Positions 57,983-64,000 of a stretch of DNA of 64,000 bases are shown here, piece by piece. Position 1 is the stretch's first letter. Each line of letters begins with the position of its first letter. The position numbers and the translations under genes are program-made. The stretch lies in the NCBI RefSeq assembly GCF_009914755.1, contig NC_060940.1; one strand, 5' to 3'. Source of the DNA: the human T2T-CHM13v2.0 reference genome, Homo sapiens. The notes beneath the pieces are model-generated. The model was not told the DNA's origin, did not search any database, and saw only the letters and a program-made list of their open reading frames with translations.

Positions 57983-60900
57983 CGTACGATTCCATTCTGT
58001 GATGATTCCATGTGATTGCATTCAATGATGATTCCTTTCGATTGCATTCGATTATGATTCATTTCGTGTTCATTCTATGGTTCCACAGCTTTCCATTCGT
58101 GTCCATTCCATTATTCCATTCTATTCCATTTGATGATGATTCCATTCGATTCCATTCATTGGTGATTCCACTCAATTCCATTCAATGATTCCATTCCATT
58201 TCTTTCAACAATGATTCCATTAGTTTCTAATCGATGATCCACTTGATTCCATTTGACGACGATTCCATTCTTGTCCATTCGATGATTCCATTTGATTCCA
58301 TATGATGATGATTCCATTCGATTCCATACCATGATGATTCCATTCGAGTCCATTCAATGGTGATTCCATTCAATTCCATTCGATGATTCCTTTCGATTCC
58401 ATTCGATGATGATGGCATTCGATTCCTTTCAATCATTCCCTTTGATTCCATTCAAAGGTGATTTCATTCAAGTCCATTCGATAATTGCATTCGATTCCAT
58501 TCTATGATGATTCCATTCGAGTCCATTTGATGATTCCATTCAATTCAAGTCAATGATGATTCCATTCGATTCCATTCGATGATTCCATTGGATTCCATTC
58601 GATGATGATTCCATTCAAATCCATTCGATAATTCAATTCAAGTCCATTCGATGATGATTCCAATCGAATCCATTCAAAGATTCCATTCAGTTCCATTCGA
58701 TGATTCCCTTGGATTCCATTCGATGATTCCACTTGATTGCATTTACGATGATTCCATTCGATTCCATGTGATGATTCCATTCAATTCTATTCAATGATGT
58801 CTCCATTTGATTCCATTCGACCATGATTGCCTTTGATTCCATTCAATGATTCCATTCGGTTCCGTTTGATGATGATTCCGTTCGATTCCATTTGATGATT
58901 CCATTTGATTCCATTGGATGAGTCCATTCGATTACATTCGATGATTATTCCATTCGAGTGCATTAGATGATTCCATTCGAGTCCATTCGATGATTCCATT
59001 CGATTCCATTCGATGTTGATTCTGTTCAAATCCATTCGATGATTCCACTCGATTCCATTCGTTGACTCCATTTGATCCCATTCGATGATTTCCTTTGATT
59101 CCCTTTGATGATCATTCCATTTGATTCAATTCGGTGATTTCATTTGATTCCATTCAGTGATGTTTCCATTCGACTCCATTCGATGATGATTCCATTCGAC
59201 TCCATTCGATTATGATTTCATTCAATTCCATTCGATAATGATTCCCTTCGAGTCCATTCGATGATTCCATTCGATTCCATTCAACGATGATTTGATTCGT
59301 GTCCATTCGATGATTCCATTTGATTCCACTTGATGATGATTCCATTCGAGTCCATTTGATGATTCCATTCAATTCCATACTCCGATGATTTCTTTTGAGC
59401 CCACTCAATGCTTCCACTCGATTCCATATGATGATGACTCCATTCGATGAAATTCGATGATGATTCCATTCGCTTGCTTTCGATGATGATTCCACTTGAG
59501 TCCGTTAGAAGATTCTATTCAATTACATTCCAGGATGATTCCGTTCGAGTCCATTTGATGATTCCATTAGACTCCATTCGACGATGATTCCATTCGATGT
59601 TATTCGATGATTCCATTCGATCTCATTCGATGATGATTCCATTCAACTCCATTCGATGTTTCCATTCGAGTTCATTCTATTATTCCATTAGATTCCATTC
59701 GATGATGATTCCATTCGATTCCATTTGATGATTGCATTCTATTTCATTTGATGATGATTCCATTCGAGTCCACTCGATGATTCCATTCGAGTCCATTTAA
59801 TGAATCCATTGGTTTCAATTCTATGATGATTACATTGGATTCCATTCGTTGATGATTTCATTCGGTTCCATTCAATGATGATTCCATTCAATTCCTTTCA
59901 ATGTTTCCATTCAATTCCATACGATGATGATTCCATTTGATTTGATTCGACAGTGAGCCATTCGATTCAATTTCATGATGATTCTATTTATTCAATTGGT
60001 TGACATTTCCATTCGATTCCATTCGATGATGATTCCCTTTGATTCCATTCAAAGATGATTCCATTCTAGCCCATTCAATCATTCCATTCGATTCTATTCA
60101 ATGATGATTCCATTCATGTCGATTTGGTGATTCCATTTGACTTCATTTGATGATGATTCCTTTCAAGTTCATTAGATGATTCCATTCGATTCCATTTGAT
60201 GATGATCCCATTCGAGTCCATTCAGTGATTCCATTCGTTTCCATTCCATGATGATTCCATTCCTTTCCATTCAATGATTCCATTCGATTCCGTTTGATGA
60301 TGATTTCATTCGAGTCCATTTGATGATTCCATTTGATTCCATTCGATGATGATTCCATTCGAGTCCATTCGATGATTCTATTCGAATCCATTTGATGATT
60401 TCTTTTGATTATATTTGGTGATGATTCCATTGGAGTCCATTCAATGATTCCATTCGATTCCAATCGATGATGATTCCATTAGAGTCCATTTAATGATTCC
60501 ATTTGATTCCAGTCTCTGATGATTACATTCGAGTCCATACGATGATTCCACTCAATTCCATATGATGATGATTCCATTTGATTCCATTCGGTGATTCCAT
60601 TCTATTCTATTCAATGGTGATTCCATTCGAGTACATTAGATGATTCCATTCGATTCCATTCAATGATGATTCTATTTGTGTCCCTTAGATGATTCCACAT
60701 GATTCCATTAGATGATGATACTATTTGAGCCCATCCAATGATTCCCTTCGATTCCATTCGATGAGGATTCCATTCGATTCAATTCATTGGTGATTCTATT
60801 CAATTCAATTCTTTGATTCCATTCCATTCCATTCGACAATGATTCCATTCGATTTCTTTCGATGATTCCACTCGATTCCACTTGACATTGATTCCATTCG

Positions 60901-63900
60901 ATTCCATTCAATGATTCCATTTGATTCCAGTGGATGATGATTGCCATCGATTCCATTTGATCACTCCATTCTATTCCATTTGATGATGATTACATTCGAT
61001 TCCATTTGATGATTCCATCTGATTCTATTCGAGGATTCCATTTGATTCCATTCGATGATGATTCCATTCGAGTACATTCGATGATTTCATTCAAGTACAT
61101 CCAATGATTCCATTCGAGTCCATTAGATGATTCCATTTGATTCCATTTGAAAATGATTCTACTAGCGTCCATTCAATGACTCCATTCGATTCCATTCAAC
61201 ACTTCCATTCGACTCCATTCGATGATTCCATTCGATTCTATTTGATGGTTCCATTCGAGTCCATTTAATCATTACAGTCGAGTCCATTTGGTGATTCCAC
61301 TGGATTTCTTTTGATAATGATACCATTCAATTACATTTGATGATGATCCCATTCAATTTCATTTGATGATGATTCCATTAGAGTCCATTCGATGATTTCA
61401 TTCGAGTCCCTTCATTGATTCCATCCGATTTCATTTGATGATGACTCCATTCGAGTCCATTCGATGATTCCACTCGATTCCATTAGATGATTCCATTGGA
61501 GTCCATTTGATTGTTCCATTCGATTCCATTCGATTCCTTTCGAAGATTATTCCATTTGAGTCCATTCGATGATGATTCCATTCCATTCCATTCGATGATT
61601 CCGTTTGATTCCATTCGATGATTCCCTTTGATTCCTTTCTGTGATGATTCCATTCCATTCCATTCAATGATTCCATTCGAATCTATTCCATGATGATTCC
61701 TTTCGATTCCATTCGCTGATGTTTCCGTTCAATTCCATTCGATGATGATTCCATTCGATTCCATTCATTGAGGATTCCATTTGATTCCATTCAATGATGA
61801 TTCCATTCTATTCCATTCAATGATTGCATTCAATTCCATTCAATGATTATCCCCTTAGAGTAAACTCAACGATTCCATTCAATACCATTCGATGATGATT
61901 CCTTTTGAGTCCATTCAATGATTTCATTCAAGTCCATTTGATGATTCCTTTCAATTCCATTCTATGATGATTCCATTCGAGTCCATTCGATGATTCCATT
62001 CGATTGCATTCGATGATTCCATTATACTCCATTCAACGGTGATTCCATTCGAGTCCATTCGATGATTCCATTAGAGTACATTTAATGATTGCTTTGTTTT
62101 CAATTCTAAGATGATTACATTGGATTCCATTCTATGATACCATTCGATTCCATTCAATGATGATTCCACTCAAATCCATTGGATGATTCCATTCGTGTCC
62201 ATTCGGTGATTTCATTAGATTCCATTCGAGGATGATTCCATTCGATTCCATTCGATGATTCCATTCAATTCCATTCGATGATGATTCCATTCCAGTCCAT
62301 ATGATCATTCCATTTGATTTCATTCGATGATGATTCCATTCGATTTCTTTCGACGATTCCATTCTATTCCATTCGATGATGATTCCATTCGAGTCCATTC
62401 GATGATTCCATTCGAGTCCATTTAATGATTCCATTGGGTTCAATTCAATTATGATTACATTGGATTCCGTTCTATGATTCCATTCAATTCCGTTCATTGA
62501 CAATTTGATTCCATTCGATGATGATTCCATTTGAGTTCATTCGATGATTCTATTCGATTCTCTTCGATGGTGATTCAATTCTATTATATTGGATGATTCC
62601 ATTCGATTCCATTTGATGTTGATTCAATTCGATTCTATTCGATGATGATTCCATTGGATTTCACTTGATGATTCTATTCGATTCCATTCAATGATGATTC
62701 ACTTCTCGTCCATTGGATGATTCCATTTCATTCCATTCGATGATGATTCCATTCGATTCCATTCGATGATTCCATTTGATTCCATGCGACGGTGAGCAAT
62801 TCGATTCAATTCCATGATGATTCTATTTGATTCAATTAGATGATGTTTCCATTCGAATCCATTCCATGATTATTCCATTGGAATCCATTCGGCGATGATT
62901 CCATATGAGTCAATTCAATGATGATTCCATATGGGTCCGTTCGATGATAATTCCATTTGATTTCATTCGATGCTTCTATTCTATTCCAGTCGATGATGAT
63001 TCCGTTGGAGTCCATACGATGATTCCATTTGATTTCATTTGATGATGATTCCATTCGATGATGATTACATTGGATTCCATTCTATGATTCCATTCAATTC
63101 CATTCGTTGATGATTCGATTCCATTCAATGATGATTCCATTTGAGTTCATTCGATGATTCTATTCGATTCCGTTCGATGGTGATTCAATTCTATTATACT
63201 GGATGATTCCAGTCGATTCCATTTGATGATTATTCCATTGGAGTCCACTTAGTGAATCCTTTAGATTCTACTCGACGATGATTCCATTCGAGTCCATTCG
63301 ATGATACCATTCAATTCCATTCGTTGATGCTTCCATTCAAGTGCATTCGATGATATCATTCGATTCCATTTGATGATAATTCCATTTGATTCCATGCGAT
63401 GATTCTATTCGATTCCATTCAATGATAATTCCATTCAATTCAGTGATTCCCCTGGACTCCATTTGATGATGATTCCATTCAATGATTCCATTCGATTCTA
63501 TTCGAAAATGATTCCATTTGAATCCATTTGATGATGATTCCATTAGATTCCATTTGATGATTCCATTCGATTCCATTCGACGATGATTCCATTCGATTCC
63601 GTTTGATGATTCCATTCTATTCTATTCGATGATGATTCCATTCGATTCCATTCGATGATGATTGGATTCGATTCCATTTGATGATTTCATTTGATTCCAT
63701 TCGTTAATGATTTCGATCAATTCCATTCGATGATTCCATTCGATTCCATTCGATAATGATTACATCCGAGTCCATTCTATGATTCCATTGGAGCCTGTTC
63801 GATAATTCCATTTGAGTCCAACCAATGATTCCATTCATTTCCATTCAATGATTCCATTCGAGTCCATTTGATCATTCCGGTAGGGTCCATTCGATGTTGA

Positions 63901-64000
63901 TTCCATTGGAGTGCATTCGATGATTCCATTCGAGTCCATTTTAGGATTTGATTCGAGTCCTTTCGATGATTCCATTCGATTCCACTCGATGATGATTTCA
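57983..64000 (+). repeat. Near-complete ~6.11-kb unit running off the window end
   Basis: Colinear with the previous unit at offset 6,062 up to ~63,500. It retains the 49-bp segment near 63,545-63,610; the CC(G/A)GTAGGG motif lies at 57,766 and 63,877, giving 6,111. Confidence 0.85.

Larger units (their letters stand above)
1..64000 (+). repeat. Human satellite II (HSat2/HSATII) pericentromeric array, CATTC strand throughout; probably HSat2B-type (chr16q11.2-like)
   Basis: Continuous degenerate CATTC repeats dominated by CATTCGATTC, CATTCGAGTC and CATTCGATGATGATTC. The high TCGA content and ATG/ATGATG spacers distinguish HSat2 from HSat3, which has long (CATTC)n runs. The subfamily and chromosome call rests only on the ~6.1-kb period and is less certain than the family call. 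Confidence 0.97.

Noticed and set aside
143-63615. Numerous minus-strand ORFs of 60-193 aa (MESSNGIEWNHRM-type peptides)
   Set aside because: They are translations of (GAATG)n-derived satellite, which is ATG-rich and stop-poor on that strand. They overlap in several frames, are low-complexity and are broken at random between near-identical copies. I used them only as positional markers.
1-64000. CRISPR-like pattern of recurring ~23-26-bp repeats
   Set aside because: The monomers are contiguous and degenerate with no unique spacers and no cas genes. This is eukaryotic satellite DNA.
1-64000. HSat3 or alpha-satellite assignment
   Set aside because: There are no long pure (CATTC)n runs (only ~3-4 units at most), CATTCGATTC/GATGAT motifs dominate, and no 171-bp period is evident.

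Overview
The whole 64 kb window is one uninterrupted human satellite II (HSat2/HSATII) array on the CATTC strand. It is built from degenerate 23/26-bp monomers of the form ATTCCATTCG A(T/G)TCCATTCG ATG(ATG). I see no genes, RNA genes, transposon insertions, CRISPR arrays or inversions, and all listed ORFs are satellite artefacts. The informative signal is higher-order structure. The right half (~30.2-64 kb) and the first ~5 kb are variants of a ~6.1-kb unit, which fits the HSat2B-type array of human 16q11.2 (inferred, not verified). Between ~5.1 and ~30.2 kb lies a tandem block of a ~12.67-kb long unit. It is colinear with the 6.1-kb unit but carries four extra satellite segments, so the 6.1-kb unit may be a deletion derivative of it. 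Nested duplications (840 bp, 6,062 bp, 11,434 bp), deletions with homology at the junctions, chimeric units and a re-used breakpoint can be read from the sequence. Offsets were derived by hand from repeated ORF coordinates and rare motifs, so breakpoints are approximate (about +/-50 bp). I found no evidence of a novel coding or enzymatic system.
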